Assembly (NCBI GenBank): GCA_943788915.1
Contig: CALSSD010000004.1
Location: 186,001-223,606 of the forward strand
Length of the DNA stretch: 37,606 nt
Source of the DNA: an uncultured Acidimicrobiales bacterium
GTDB taxonomy: Bacteria; Actinomycetota; Acidimicrobiia; Acidimicrobiales; UBA10347
Direction: 5' to 3'
This document shows positions 16,794 to 26,192 of this stretch, in pieces. Below the pieces are notes generated by a model. That model did not search any database, had not been told where the DNA came from, and saw nothing but the letters and a program-made list of their open reading frames with translations. How positions within the stretch are numbered: position 1 is the first letter of the stretch; each line of letters begins with the position of its first letter. The translations under genes were made by a program, and so were the position numbers.

Positions 16794-17945
16794 CGTACTG
16801 GTGTGTTTCTTTTTGGCGGCGTGGAGATGCCGGATGCGGGCGCGGGTGTGCCTGCTCCGACCGACCGTCGTTATGGCAACAAGGAAGTCTGGGAAGCCAC
16901 GGAGCGCATCCTCGACATGGGTGTGCTTGCTGACAAGCTTGGCTTCGACTCGTTCTGGTTGACCGAACACCACTTCCAGCACGAGGGTTACGAGGTCGTA
17001 CCCAATGGTTTGATGCTCGGCGGCATCCTCGCCGAACGGACCGAACGCATCCGCATCGGCATGATGTTCAACATCATCGGCATGTGGCACCCGCTGCGCA
17101 TGGCCGAAGACTTTTCCACGCTGCACAACATCTCTGGCGGTCGAGGCGTGCTCGGTATTGGTCGGGGCACCGTTCCCCGCGAACAAGAAAATTTCGGTAG
17201 CAAGATCGGCTCGTTCGACAATCCCGACAAAGCCGAGGCCGACGAGTTCAACCGCAAGCAGTTCGCCGAAGCAACCACGGTGCTGCGCATGGCACTTGAC
17301 CAAGAGAAGTTCAGCTTCAAGGGCGACGTGTATGAGTTCCCTGCTCCGGGCATCCCTGATCGAGGTGGCTTCGTCGAAGACCTCACCTTGGTCCCGCGGC
17401 CGCTCTATCCCTATGAGATGTGGCAAGCGATCACGTCACCGCCGACTCTCGAGCAGGTCCCACGTAACGGCTGGGGCGGCGTCATGTGGCTCAAACACTT
17501 TGAGTTCATGAAGCGCTACTGGGATCGTTTTGCCGAGGTCTATCACGAGACTCATGGCGTTGCACTCGCTGCAGGTGAGAAGCGCACCCTGGTGGTGAAC
17601 ACCTGCATCGCCGACTCGCATGAAGAAGCAGTTGCTTCAGTGCGTAACGGCCACGACGAATTCTGGAAGTTCCTCGGCCCCTACGGCTGGAGCAAGGGTT
17701 ACATGGGCGAAGGCGGCAAGCCTGCCGAAGCCGGACTGATCCCGTCGCTGGAAGAATCACTCGATAACAAGGTGTGGCTGGTAGGCACCGCCGACGAGGT
17801 CGCCGAACAGATCCAGTGGTACCGCGACTACCTGGGTGGGGTCGACAACCTGGTGCTCTTCCCTGCCATGCCGGGCGACAGTTACAACAAGGTCGACGAC
17901 CAGCTCCATCGGATCGCCGAGGGCGTACTTCCGCAGCTCTCATAG
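16791..17945 (+). CDS. LLM-class (luciferase-like) flavin-dependent monooxygenase
   Basis: LGFDSFWLTEHHF, TERIRIG, WHPLRMAEDFSTL, GRGVLGIGRG, LVGTADEVAEQI. Confidence 0.95.
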   Translation: MRTGVFLFGGVEMPDAGAGVPAPTDRRYGNKEVWEATERILDMGVLADKLGFDSFWLTEHHFQHEGYEVVPNGLMLGGILAERTERIRIGMMFNIIGMWHPLRMAEDFSTLHNISGGRGVLGIGRGTVPREQENFGSKIGSFDNPDKAEADEFNRKQFAEATTVLRMALDQEKFSFKGDVYEFPAPGIPDRGGFVEDLTLVPRPLYPYEMWQAITSPPTLEQVPRNGWGGVMWLKHFEFMKRYWDRFAEVYHETHGVALAAGEKRTLVVNTCIADSHEEAVASVRNGHDEFWKFLGPYGWSKGYMGEGGKPAEAGLIPSLEESLDNKVWLVGTADEVAEQIQWYRDYLGGVDNLVLFPAMPGDSYNKVDDQLHRIAEGVLPQLS

Positions 17946-19189
17946 TGACGTCTCGTACACAGATAACGGACGCACTATTGGCCGACGGTCGGCTCGTCGA
18001 CATCCAGGTGGTCGACGGGCAGATCAGCTCCGTCGAGCCAGCCGACACTTCCGACGCGCCGGACAGCGATGCCGGCGTCACCACCCACGATCTCGATGGA
18101 TGGCTTTTGCTGCCGGCCATGGCCGAACCGCACGCCCATGTCGACAAGGCGCTGACTGCGGACCTCGTTCCTAATCCGGCGGGAGATCTTGCTGGCGCTA
18201 TCCACGCGTGGGTTGCTGCTGCCCAGGCCGGACGCATCACTCACGATGACACGGTCGACCGGGCCGCCATGGCTATGGAAATGTTGCTCGTGCGAGGCGT
18301 AACCGCAGTGCGTAGCCATGTGAACGTCGGCGAAGGGTATGGCGCGTCGGCGGTGCGTGCGGTGAACGAGGCTCGGTTGCGCGTCCAGGATCTTATGCAT
18401 GTGCAGACGGTTGCGCTGGTGCAATCGCCGCTCACCGGCGATGCCGGCGCTGGCAATCGAACCGCCCTCGATCAGGCGCTCGAGGCTGGTGTCGACCTGA
18501 TTGGCGGCTGTCCACATCTGGAACCCGATGGCAGCGCCATGATCGCCTACGTGATCGATCTTGCCACCGAAGCGGGACTACCGCTCGATCTCCACGTCGA
18601 CGAAACTCTCGATGCTTCGGTGCTCACACTTCCTGACTACGCCCGGCAGGTCATCGACGCTGGGTTCACAAACGGCGTGGCTGCAAGCCACTGCGTGTCA
18701 CTCGGCATGCAGGGCCCAGCGGTGCAGGCCGAGGTGGCAGCGATTGTGGCCGAAGCCCACATGGCGATCTTTGCCCTGCCACAAACGAACCTGTTCCTTC
18801 AGGCCCGTGGTGTGCCGACCGCGCCGCCGCGCGGCCTGACCGCTATCGACCCGTTGCTCGACGCGGGCGTGAACGTCGGAGCGGGTGGTGACAACGTCCA
18901 AGACCCGTTCAATCTTGTTGGTCGCAGTGATCCCCTCGAGACAGCAGCACTCATGATCATGGCTGGCCATCGCAGCCCCGAAGCCGCCTACGACATGGTC
19001 AGCAACGCGCCACGACGGGCAATGGGGCTTGCACCGGTGAACTTCGAACCCGGTGACCCCGCCGACTTCATGGCCATTGATGCGCCGACCGTGCGGGCCG
19101 CCATCGCCGATGCCCCCATGGCCCGCCGCACCTTCACCGCTGGTCGCCTGGTGGCCTCAACCAACCAACAAACCGCCATCCACCGCTGA
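17945..19189 (+). CDS. Cytosine/pterin deaminase-like amidohydrolase (CodA family)
   Basis: PAMAEPHAHVDKA, GVTAVRSHV, DLHVDE, ASHCVSL, LPQTNLFLQ, GGDNVQDPF; GTG overlaps the LLM stop (TAGTG). Confidence 0.92.
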   Translation: MTSRTQITDALLADGRLVDIQVVDGQISSVEPADTSDAPDSDAGVTTHDLDGWLLLPAMAEPHAHVDKALTADLVPNPAGDLAGAIHAWVAAAQAGRITHDDTVDRAAMAMEMLLVRGVTAVRSHVNVGEGYGASAVRAVNEARLRVQDLMHVQTVALVQSPLTGDAGAGNRTALDQALEAGVDLIGGCPHLEPDGSAMIAYVIDLATEAGLPLDLHVDETLDASVLTLPDYARQVIDAGFTNGVAASHCVSLGMQGPAVQAEVAAIVAEAHMAIFALPQTNLFLQARGVPTAPPRGLTAIDPLLDAGVNVGAGGDNVQDPFNLVGRSDPLETAALMIMAGHRSPEAAYDMVSNAPRRAMGLAPVNFEPGDPADFMAIDAPTVRAAIADAPMARRTFTAGRLVASTNQQTAIHR

Positions 19190-19324
19190 CACCGAATCAG
19201 GCTGTGAGTGAGCGCTGAGCACTGTTGGTCGAGCTTGTCAACACTCCTGCACAAGACGGTCCCAAGCACCGGCCATCTATGTGAGGTGGCTGGTTCTCAG
19301 TCAAGCATGGGCGAGACCAGTGCC

Positions 19325-19378
19325 TCGGATCGGGCGTTACATGAGGCCAAGGCGCACGGCAAGGGACGTTCGGCGGTG
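19325..19378 (+). pseudogene. Possible remnant of a GGDEF-domain C-terminus
   Basis: Reads SDRALHEAKAHGKGRSAV, close to the ADxALYxAKxxGK/RxR motif; no upstream GGDEF motif. Confidence 0.4.
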
Positions 19379-19405
19379 CCGAGTTTTGTCACGGTGTCGA
19401 AAACG

Positions 19406-20182
19406 TCAGTGTGAGTTCAGAAACTGACGCGTCAGCTCGTTGAATTCGTTGGGCCGATCTAGGTTCATGAGATGGTTGCAGTTGTCGATGACTTCGAGCT
19501 GACCATCGGGCAGACCTTCGGCTAATGCACGAAGTGCCGCAACCGGGGCTGTTGCATCGTCAGCACCAGCGAGACACAACGTTGGGGCACTAATTTTGTA
19601 GAGGTAATCAGTGAAGCTCCACGTGACGAGGCAGTGCAGCGCCGCTCGATACGCGTCAGTCGAGATGCGGGACATGGACGCCACGCAGTTTGTGAGGGCG
19701 TCGAGTGGTGCGTCGGAGCTCAGCAGGCCACGCACAACATCGGGCGCCAGGTCCGCAGGTGTTCTCCCGTCGTCGAGTGGCTTGAGTCGGGCGGCCAAGA
19801 ACTTCTCCGAAAACGAGGCGCTGCCCCGACCAAACTGAGACGACGTTGCGGCCAAGATCAACCGGTCAACGCGTTCGTCGTAATCAGCGGCGAACTGTTG
19901 AGCGATATATCCACCCATCGATATGCCAACAATGGTTGCCCGGTCGACGCCGATGTCGTCGAGCACCCGGGCCAACATGTCTGACAGGTTTGGCCAGGTC
20001 AGCGCCTCGAGTGGCGGCGATAGGCCATACCCCGGCAGGGTCCACGCCACACATCGGTAGTCCGATGCAAACTCGGCGAATTGAGGCTGCCAGTTTGTGT
20101 GATCACCGCCGAGCCCGTGGAGGAAGACGAGGGTGGAGTGTCCCTCTCCGACCACCATGTACTCGGGGAGGGGTTCGTTCAT
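19406..20182 (-). CDS. Alpha/beta hydrolase (enol-lactonase/deformylase-like)
   Basis: VFLHGLGG, LPGYGLS, GISMGG, GADDATAP, HLMNLDRP; ATGA-coupled to the upstream gene. Confidence 0.92.
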   Translation of the reverse strand: MNEPLPEYMVVGEGHSTLVFLHGLGGDHTNWQPQFAEFASDYRCVAWTLPGYGLSPPLEALTWPNLSDMLARVLDDIGVDRATIVGISMGGYIAQQFAADYDERVDRLILAATSSQFGRGSASFSEKFLAARLKPLDDGRTPADLAPDVVRGLLSSDAPLDALTNCVASMSRISTDAYRAALHCLVTWSFTDYLYKISAPTLCLAGADDATAPVAALRALAEGLPDGQLEVIDNCNHLMNLDRPNEFNELTRQFLNSH

Positions 20183-21226
20183 GCAAGCTCGCCCTGCAAC
20201 ACGCCAGCGTCGACGACAGCAGCGCCATCGAGTTCTACGGTGCAGCCCCGCATGGGCAGGTCAAAGTGTCCAAGTGTGTGCCGACCTGCGACTTCGTTTG
20301 CTCCCGTCGAATACAAGAAGTTTCCGCCAAAGGCCCGAAGTTCGGTGCCGTTGGTCTGCGTCTTGTCATACATCGCAAGTGAGTCCCACCGGGCCGCGGG
20401 GTTCATGCCCCAGCCCACGTGAGATACGGCGTATGCCTCGCGGTCGCCCCAGGCTTCGAGGTAACTCTTCATCAAGGCTGCGTCGACGCCGTCGCCCTGG
20501 ATATCCACGATGAAGTCGTTTTCTATGGTGCAGCGAATGGGCGAATCCGTGTACCGCTTGAAGGTCAGATTGACGTCGCCGACGTCCATCACCAGCGTGC
20601 CGTTCACCGATCCCTTCGCCGGGGAAACACAGGCACAGCCCACCGGGCCAGTGAGCGATGGTCCCGGGTCGTGCGGTGTAACCCCAGCTCGATCCAGCGG
20701 GTGCGGTCTCAACATCGATTGTGAGGTCCGTGCCGGCAGCGCTGGTGACACGCATTTCTTTGGCACCCCGCAACATCTTGGTGCCGATCTTGACCTTGGC
20801 CTCAAGCGCTGTATCGGGAACCAGTCGCTCAAGAATGTCGGGATGTTCGTTCGACACCATGAGGGTTCGAGCCCCACCACCGAGTAGCTGAGGAAGTTCG
20901 GGTGCGTGCAGGAGACCCTCGACGGTGCAGTCGGCAATGAACGCAACTTGCGACAAGGCAGCGATCACGGGTGCGGAACCGCCAATGGCATCGCTGGCCC
21001 CGGTGGAGCGGATCGCGACCGGAGCGGTCTGGGCCGGCGTCTGCATCGTGACCCGGAAAACGTTTGCGCCTAGTCGCTTGAGCGCCAACTCGCTGAGCTC
21101 GACATTGACGCCCCGACTTTGTGTTTCGGCGAGTACTGCGCATTCGTCGCCGGGTTCAACACCACACAGCCGAAACACCTCGGCAAATGCATCTATCCAC
21201 TTGGCTTCAATTCGTTCAACGAGCAT
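20179..21226 (-). pseudogene. NicX-like 2,5-dihydroxypyridine dioxygenase / M29-fold protein, split by a +1 frameshift (error or pseudogene)
   Basis: N-half ...AHWPGGLCLCFP, C-half AKGSVNGTLVMDVGD...SHVGWGMNP...ELRAFGGNFLYSTG...GHFDLPMRGC; length 1048 = 349x3+1; extra base in GGGG 20621-20624. Confidence 0.8.
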
Positions 21227-21230
21227 GGCT

Positions 21231-21343
21231 CAACGATGCCACACGGTGTGGGCTTCGACCCGATTTAGAACGGCCCGTGGTCGTCCAGGGTCAGACCCGC
21301 CATGCACATCGACGTTGTTCGCGCCGCAACGATGCCACATGGT
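21231..21343. repeat. 17-bp direct repeat CAACGATGCCACAYGGT flanking a GGGTCAGACCC palindrome
   Basis: Copies at 21231-21247 and 21327-21343 (16/17); GGGTCAGACCC at 21288-21298. Confidence 0.7.
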
Positions 21344-21394
21344 TAAGGACTGCCAGGGTTAGCAATTCGTCTGGAGATGCGGGACACTTGGCGT

Positions 21395-22585
21395 ATGCAG
21401 GATGCGCTATTCACGCCGGAACGTCGCGACATTGTTGAGCGGATGACAGCCGCGGCTGTCGACTTTCCGAGGCGTTCGTTCGACTCGGATCGAGATGCTG
21501 CGTTTCCCTACGAGAACTGGGAAGACCTGAAACGTGCTGGCCTGCTTGGAATCTGTATCCCGAAAGAACACGGCGGGCTCGGGGGCGACTTTGTTGCGTA
21601 TGCGCTGGCATCTGAAGAGCTTGGACGACACTGCGCCACTACTGGCCTGACCTTCAATATGCATGTCGCCACCACCCTGCTGGTCGGCCAGATCGCCGAC
21701 GACATGGATCTCCCCGACGATGTGCGCGCCACCCAACACGCCCGCCGGGAACAGCTCTGGCACGGGGTCGTGAACAATCACACCATTCATAGCCAGCCGT
21801 TCAGCGAGGGCACGGCCGCGTCAGCCACCGGCGGTTTCGCGACCATGGCCAAGAAGGTCGACGGTGGTTATCTGGTCACCGGCCGCAAGATCTTCGCATC
21901 GCTCTCTGGCGCGGCGAACGTCCACAACGTGGTGTGTATCTCCGACGCCGACGACCAGTTACATCTGATGGGTGTGCCTGCCGATGCCGATGGCGTCGAG
22001 ATCGAAGGCGGCTGGGATCCGTTGGGCATGCGAGGGACCGACTCCCGCAATCTACTCATGACCGACGTGTTCGTGCCCGAAGGCAACGAGTGGATTCCAC
22101 CAGGCATGTTCGAGCAGGCCGCATGGCGGTGGCCGTACTTCTATATGACGTTGTCGTTCTCGTACCTGGGCCTCATGCGGGGCATCCTCGACTACACCAG
22201 CGCCTACCTGCGAGGCGAACACGGCACCAGCGCTCGCCGTGACAACCACATCAAACAACATGGCTGGGCCGACATGCAGTTGACCTACGACCGTGCTCAA
22301 GCATTGTGTTACCGAGTGCTGGGCGAGGCGTCCGCAGATCCGTCGCGCGCATCACTGCGTCGAGCGTGGACGTCAATGGTCACGACCATGCAAGGCGCCC
22401 CTGAGCTGGCATCGAAGGCCATCGAGATCGCTGGTGGACGTTCCATGCTGCGACCTTCGCCGCTCGAACAGGCGTACCGCGACTCCCGCGCTGGCGCGAC
22501 CATGTTGCCGTGGAGCGTCGAAGTCTGTCTCGACCGGCTCGGTCGCTTCGACCTCTATCCCGAATCCGATCGTTTCAACGGGTAG
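21395..22585 (+). CDS. Acyl-CoA dehydrogenase-family flavoprotein (possibly monooxygenase type)
   Basis: GLLGICIPKEHGGLG, GYLVTGRKIFASLS, WDPLGMRGTDS, PLEQAYRDSRAG. Confidence 0.92.
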   Translation: MQDALFTPERRDIVERMTAAAVDFPRRSFDSDRDAAFPYENWEDLKRAGLLGICIPKEHGGLGGDFVAYALASEELGRHCATTGLTFNMHVATTLLVGQIADDMDLPDDVRATQHARREQLWHGVVNNHTIHSQPFSEGTAASATGGFATMAKKVDGGYLVTGRKIFASLSGAANVHNVVCISDADDQLHLMGVPADADGVEIEGGWDPLGMRGTDSRNLLMTDVFVPEGNEWIPPGMFEQAAWRWPYFYMTLSFSYLGLMRGILDYTSAYLRGEHGTSARRDNHIKQHGWADMQLTYDRAQALCYRVLGEASADPSRASLRRAWTSMVTTMQGAPELASKAIEIAGGRSMLRPSPLEQAYRDSRAGATMLPWSVEVCLDRLGRFDLYPESDRFNG

Positions 22586-22594
22586 TCAGGGTTT

Positions 22595-22613
22595 CGGCTC
22601 GTCCCTCGCCCGC
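22595..22613 (-). repeat. Dispersed repeat segment between convergent genes
   Basis: Reverse complement GCGGGCGAGGGACGAGCCG is identical to 15099-15117; core CGAGGGACGAG also occurs in the 92-bp unit. Confidence 0.65.
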
Positions 22614-23068
22614 TAGTCGATGGCTCGGGTGTAGTTGATGCGGTTGTAGCCAGCTTCTGACGAGCGGTGGGTTTCGACATAACCCCGGTGTTCGTAGTAC
22701 GTCGTGTTTGCTGTCATCGCCTCGTTTGTGTACAGCCGGATCTCGGTGAAGCCTGCGGAACGGGCTACATCTTCGGCTCGGGCGAGCAGGATCGACCCAA
22801 TGCCGGTGCCCTGGCGCTCTGGCCACACTGCGACATTGTCGACATACCAATGGTCCGGCCGAGCCCACATCACGATCAGGCCGGCGACGCCGTCGCCATC
22901 CATGGCAACAGTCACAGCTTCGGCCCGAATCAGCGACTTGTAGTCGTCGAGCATTGGTGCAGGTTTCTCGCCGATGTCCTCGACGTAACCCTGATACGCG
23001 GCGTCGACGCAGGCCACGATGGCGTCGTGGTCCTCGGGCTGGGCAGGGCGGATACGAATACCAGTCAC
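22613..23068 (-). CDS. GNAT-family N-acetyltransferase
   Basis: IRPAQPED, PAPMLDDY, NVAVWPERQGTGIGSILL, LYTNEAMTANTTYYEHRGY. Confidence 0.92.
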   Translation of the reverse strand: MTGIRIRPAQPEDHDAIVACVDAAYQGYVEDIGEKPAPMLDDYKSLIRAEAVTVAMDGDGVAGLIVMWARPDHWYVDNVAVWPERQGTGIGSILLARAEDVARSAGFTEIRLYTNEAMTANTTYYEHRGYVETHRSSEAGYNRINYTRAID

Positions 23069-23208
23069 TCCTTCAGCCTTGCAGGTTTTGACAGGTAGTT
23101 CGCGGGTTGCACCTATCTCTTTGGCCGCGCCTTGTTTTTCAGGGCAGCAGCCATGCATGTTGCCATCGTGGTGGCGCTTACCCGGGGTGATGTCCCAGAG
23201 AAGGTGGA

Positions 23209-23832
23209 TTAATACAGCGTCTCGGCTTGACGGTCTTCAAGCTCGTTGTCGTAGGTCTGACCGTCGAACTCGCCGTCGGTGATAGCGGCCATGATCTCAC
23301 CGGGTGAGGGCAGCGAGTCTCGACTCACCTGCACATCAGGATTCCACAGCTCTGCTCGCTTCACCGCCCGAGCACATTGGAAGTAGACCGATTCGACCGT
23401 GACCTCGATGACTGTGGCTGGCAACTTGTTTTGCATCGGGTAGAGCTCTCGAACGGCATCGTCGCAACGGAGCACTGCTCGGCCGTTCACTCGCATGCAC
23501 TCGGTGATGCCGGGTGTGAGCCATAACAGTGCGACTCGCCCATCTTCCACAATGTTGCGCAAGCTGTCCATGCGATTGTTGCCCCGACGGTCCGGTAGGT
23601 GCAGGGTGGTTTCATCGACAACATGTACCGCCTGGGGCCGATCACCGCGGGGTGAACAATCCATGCCGCTCGGGCCAACAGTGGCCAACGCTACGAATGG
23701 CGATGCCTCAATCAGCGTTCGGTACTCGGCCAGAATAACCGGGCTTTCCTTGGCCAAACTGTTCGGGTTGACTTGCGTGTACAAGGTTTCGAGCTGTTCG
23801 ATCGACGTAACGGTCTGTTTGGTTTGGCTCAC
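23209..23832 (-). CDS. Pyridoxamine 5'-phosphate oxidase-like FMN-binding protein (MSMEG_1061 family)
   Basis: SPFVALATVG, DCSPRGD, LPDRRGNNRMDSLRNI, VYFQCARAVKRAELW. Confidence 0.9.
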   Translation of the reverse strand: MSQTKQTVTSIEQLETLYTQVNPNSLAKESPVILAEYRTLIEASPFVALATVGPSGMDCSPRGDRPQAVHVVDETTLHLPDRRGNNRMDSLRNIVEDGRVALLWLTPGITECMRVNGRAVLRCDDAVRELYPMQNKLPATVIEVTVESVYFQCARAVKRAELWNPDVQVSRDSLPSPGEIMAAITDGEFDGQTYDNELEDRQAETLY

Positions 23833-23897
23833 ACTCTGATGCTCGCAGACCCGACGTCGCGACGCAGGGAGTATCGATGCCTTCCCTACGGCTGGTC

Positions 23898-25331
23898 TTA
23901 ACGCTCGATCTTGTGGGTGATTGGTTCGCTGCCCATACGGCCGCCGATCCACCCTTCGATGATGGCCGAGAAGGCACCAGCGTCGCCGCCAGCTCGCACG
24001 ATCATGAGTGATCCGGGGCGGAACTTTGGGACACCGGCGCTTGCCTGCTCCGATTCGCCGGCTATCCCGGGGAGGGCAACCGATGGGTCGATGACCAGCA
24101 GCGGGTCGAGTTCGTCGCGAAAGCGTTGCTTCGACCATCCTGCATCGGCGAATACCCGTTGATGTTCGGGAGTCATAACCAGCATGGCTTCGCTTCGTTG
24201 ATGCGGATGCCCGGTGGCGATCAGTCGCCCCGCAAGCGAACGGATCAGGTCTTCGGGTGTGCGTGACGTCTGATCGACGGCGCCGCTGGGTCCGTGTCCT
24301 GCGAAAAGTGTCACGGTCGAATCGGTAGGTGCGAAGCCTTGTTCGACAGCAAGTGACGGCCATCCCTCCGGCAGATTTTCTTCGTCTTCGGCGAAACACC
24401 AACCGACCTTGGACGGTGCACCCAGGGCGGAGCGGTCAATGCCATCGTCGCCAGGTTTGCCGCCGCCCAAATTGCGGATCACCAGCTGAAGCGCCCGCCC
24501 GATCGTGGCATTGGCCCGAGTGCCTTGACCGAGCGCGTTCTTGCCCGAGTTCAAACCAATCTCGTGTCGAATAGGTCCGTTCACGATGACGACAGGTCCG
24601 GAGAACCACAAGGTGCACAACAAGCCATGGATGTTGAACTGGTCGGTGCAGGCAGCTTCGACCGCAGCAAGGACGACCGGGAAGTACTCGGGTTTGCAGC
24701 CAGCCATAACCGCGTTGATAGCAACCTGTTCCACGGTCGCTGGTTCGAGCAGCGGTGGAATAATCGCCACCATTTCTTGGGGGTCTCGGCTGGTGCCTTC
24801 GAGCATGCGGAGCACTCGTGCCTCGGTTGGGGCAACGACAGGAAGTCCATCGGTCCAACCGCGTTCGTACATTGCTTCGACGTCGTCTTCGGCGACCGCA
24901 AACTCGACTCGCCGTTGCCGCAGCGGCGAGGCTCCGAACCGGAACGCCAGCTCGTCGACGATGTCGGGGTCTACCGAGAGCGACCCACAACCTGGGGCGT
25001 ACCCAGCAATCTCGGGCGCAAGATCTTGCTGGTCGGTGAAGGTCTCCCATTGCGACCGTTCCCAGCCGACGATTCGGCTTGTCTCCATACCCGCCTCGAT
25101 GCGCAGCAATGTTGGCACCGTCTCAATCTGGTGATGCCAGGAGACGAAAAGGTTGCCGTCGTCGACGGCGTCGACAGCCTCGGGAAAGCTCGGGTCGTCC
25201 TGGCTGTACACGGTGAGCGGCTGACTCGTGGCTGCGAGCTGCGCAATGGCTGGTTCGATCAGAACGCAGGTTGGGCAATCTCGTTTCACGATGAGATGCA
25301 GGCCATCGGCGAGGGTCGGTTTCGTGGTCAT
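23898..25331 (-). CDS. Thioredoxin-like (CPTC) domain fused to a conserved uncharacterised domain
   Basis: KRDCPTC, PGCGS, GWTDGLPVVAPTEARV, AINAVMAGCKPEY, RANATIGRALQL; ATGA overlap with the methyltransferase. Confidence 0.8.
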   Translation of the reverse strand: MTTKPTLADGLHLIVKRDCPTCVLIEPAIAQLAATSQPLTVYSQDDPSFPEAVDAVDDGNLFVSWHHQIETVPTLLRIEAGMETSRIVGWERSQWETFTDQQDLAPEIAGYAPGCGSLSVDPDIVDELAFRFGASPLRQRRVEFAVAEDDVEAMYERGWTDGLPVVAPTEARVLRMLEGTSRDPQEMVAIIPPLLEPATVEQVAINAVMAGCKPEYFPVVLAAVEAACTDQFNIHGLLCTLWFSGPVVIVNGPIRHEIGLNSGKNALGQGTRANATIGRALQLVIRNLGGGKPGDDGIDRSALGAPSKVGWCFAEDEENLPEGWPSLAVEQGFAPTDSTVTLFAGHGPSGAVDQTSRTPEDLIRSLAGRLIATGHPHQRSEAMLVMTPEHQRVFADAGWSKQRFRDELDPLLVIDPSVALPGIAGESEQASAGVPKFRPGSLMIVRAGGDAGAFSAIIEGWIGGRMGSEPITHKIER

Positions 25332-25960
25332 GATTTCTGTACCGTCAGTGTTGTGTAGATGATGCCGATGTCGGTGCCGAAGTCGGTGTGGCCCGGCAGA
25401 TACGGCGATGGGTCGGATATGTCTGCACTGCACGCACCAGCGGCGACAAACGAGTCGATAAGTGATGTGCAGTCGCGCTCGGCCCACAGATCGGTGCGCT
25501 GGGTGAAGATGACCACACCGCCCGGTTTCGTGATCCGAAGCAGCTCGGTGATCGTGGCGCTCGTATCGGTGAGATATGAGAACACGCCCACGCTGACGAC
25601 TGCCGCGAACTGGTTGTCGTCGAACCCAAGCTGTTCGTTCAGATCGAGGTGTTCGACGCTTCGGTAAACGTTGCGGCGGCGTGCAGCTTCGACACTTGCA
25701 GGCGTGAAGTCGCCACCGATGACATCTTTGACGCCGAGCGCTTGGAGTGCCGCCCCGACTCGGCCGGTGCCGCAGCCCGCGTCGAGTACCTGACCTGGTT
25801 GTTCCTGGAGACGTTTGGCGACCATGGTCGCGACCCGCTCGGGAGCGTCATAACCCCAGCTGGTTACGTCGGCGTCGTAGTCGTTCGCGGCCCACGCGTC
25901 GTAGTACGCGGCGATGTCTGTAGGGGATGCGTCTGATTCGGCAGCAAGGCCCTGGCCCAT
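25328..25960 (-). CDS. Class I SAM-dependent methyltransferase
   Basis: YYDAWA..YD, VLDAGCGTG motif I, FAAVVSVGVFSY, LLRITKPGG. Confidence 0.92.
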   Translation of the reverse strand: MGQGLAAESDASPTDIAAYYDAWAANDYDADVTSWGYDAPERVATMVAKRLQEQPGQVLDAGCGTGRVGAALQALGVKDVIGGDFTPASVEAARRRNVYRSVEHLDLNEQLGFDDNQFAAVVSVGVFSYLTDTSATITELLRITKPGGVVIFTQRTDLWAERDCTSLIDSFVAAGACSADISDPSPYLPGHTDFGTDIGIIYTTLTVQKS

Positions 25961-25961
25961 G

Positions 25962-26120
25962 TCAGTCAACGACTTGATGGGCGAGCTCGGGGCGCGCTTG
26001 GTAGAGCATGGGCCAGCCGTCGCCAGCATCGATCGAAGACCACTGCGCGACGTCGTGAAGGATCGCTCGAGTAGCGACACGATCATCTGAGTAGATGATC
26101 GTATGGAAGTCGTCAATCAT
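25962..26120 (-). pseudogene. Truncated VOC/glyoxalase-family gene (52 aa)
   Basis: Manual translation MIDDFHTIIYSDDRVATRAILHDVAQWSSIDAGDGWPMLYQARPELAHQVVD, resembling the H.iiYS.D..A.RAF..DV......DAG.GW N-terminus of small VOC proteins; GAGGG RBS. Confidence 0.55.
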
Positions 26121-26192
26121 GGATCCCTCGGTTCGGCTCGTACCCCTACGACCCTACTCACGGCCGCTGCCGTCGGTCCAGAAGCACACGCA

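Noticed and set aside
16323..17426. Long antisense/alternate-frame ORFs (e.g. 16323-17426, 8273-9280, 24525-25358, 35364-36176) and 5' extensions of 17774, 24402, 25487 and 26116
   Set aside because: Shadow ORFs typical of high-GC DNA overlapping well-supported genes, with no motifs.
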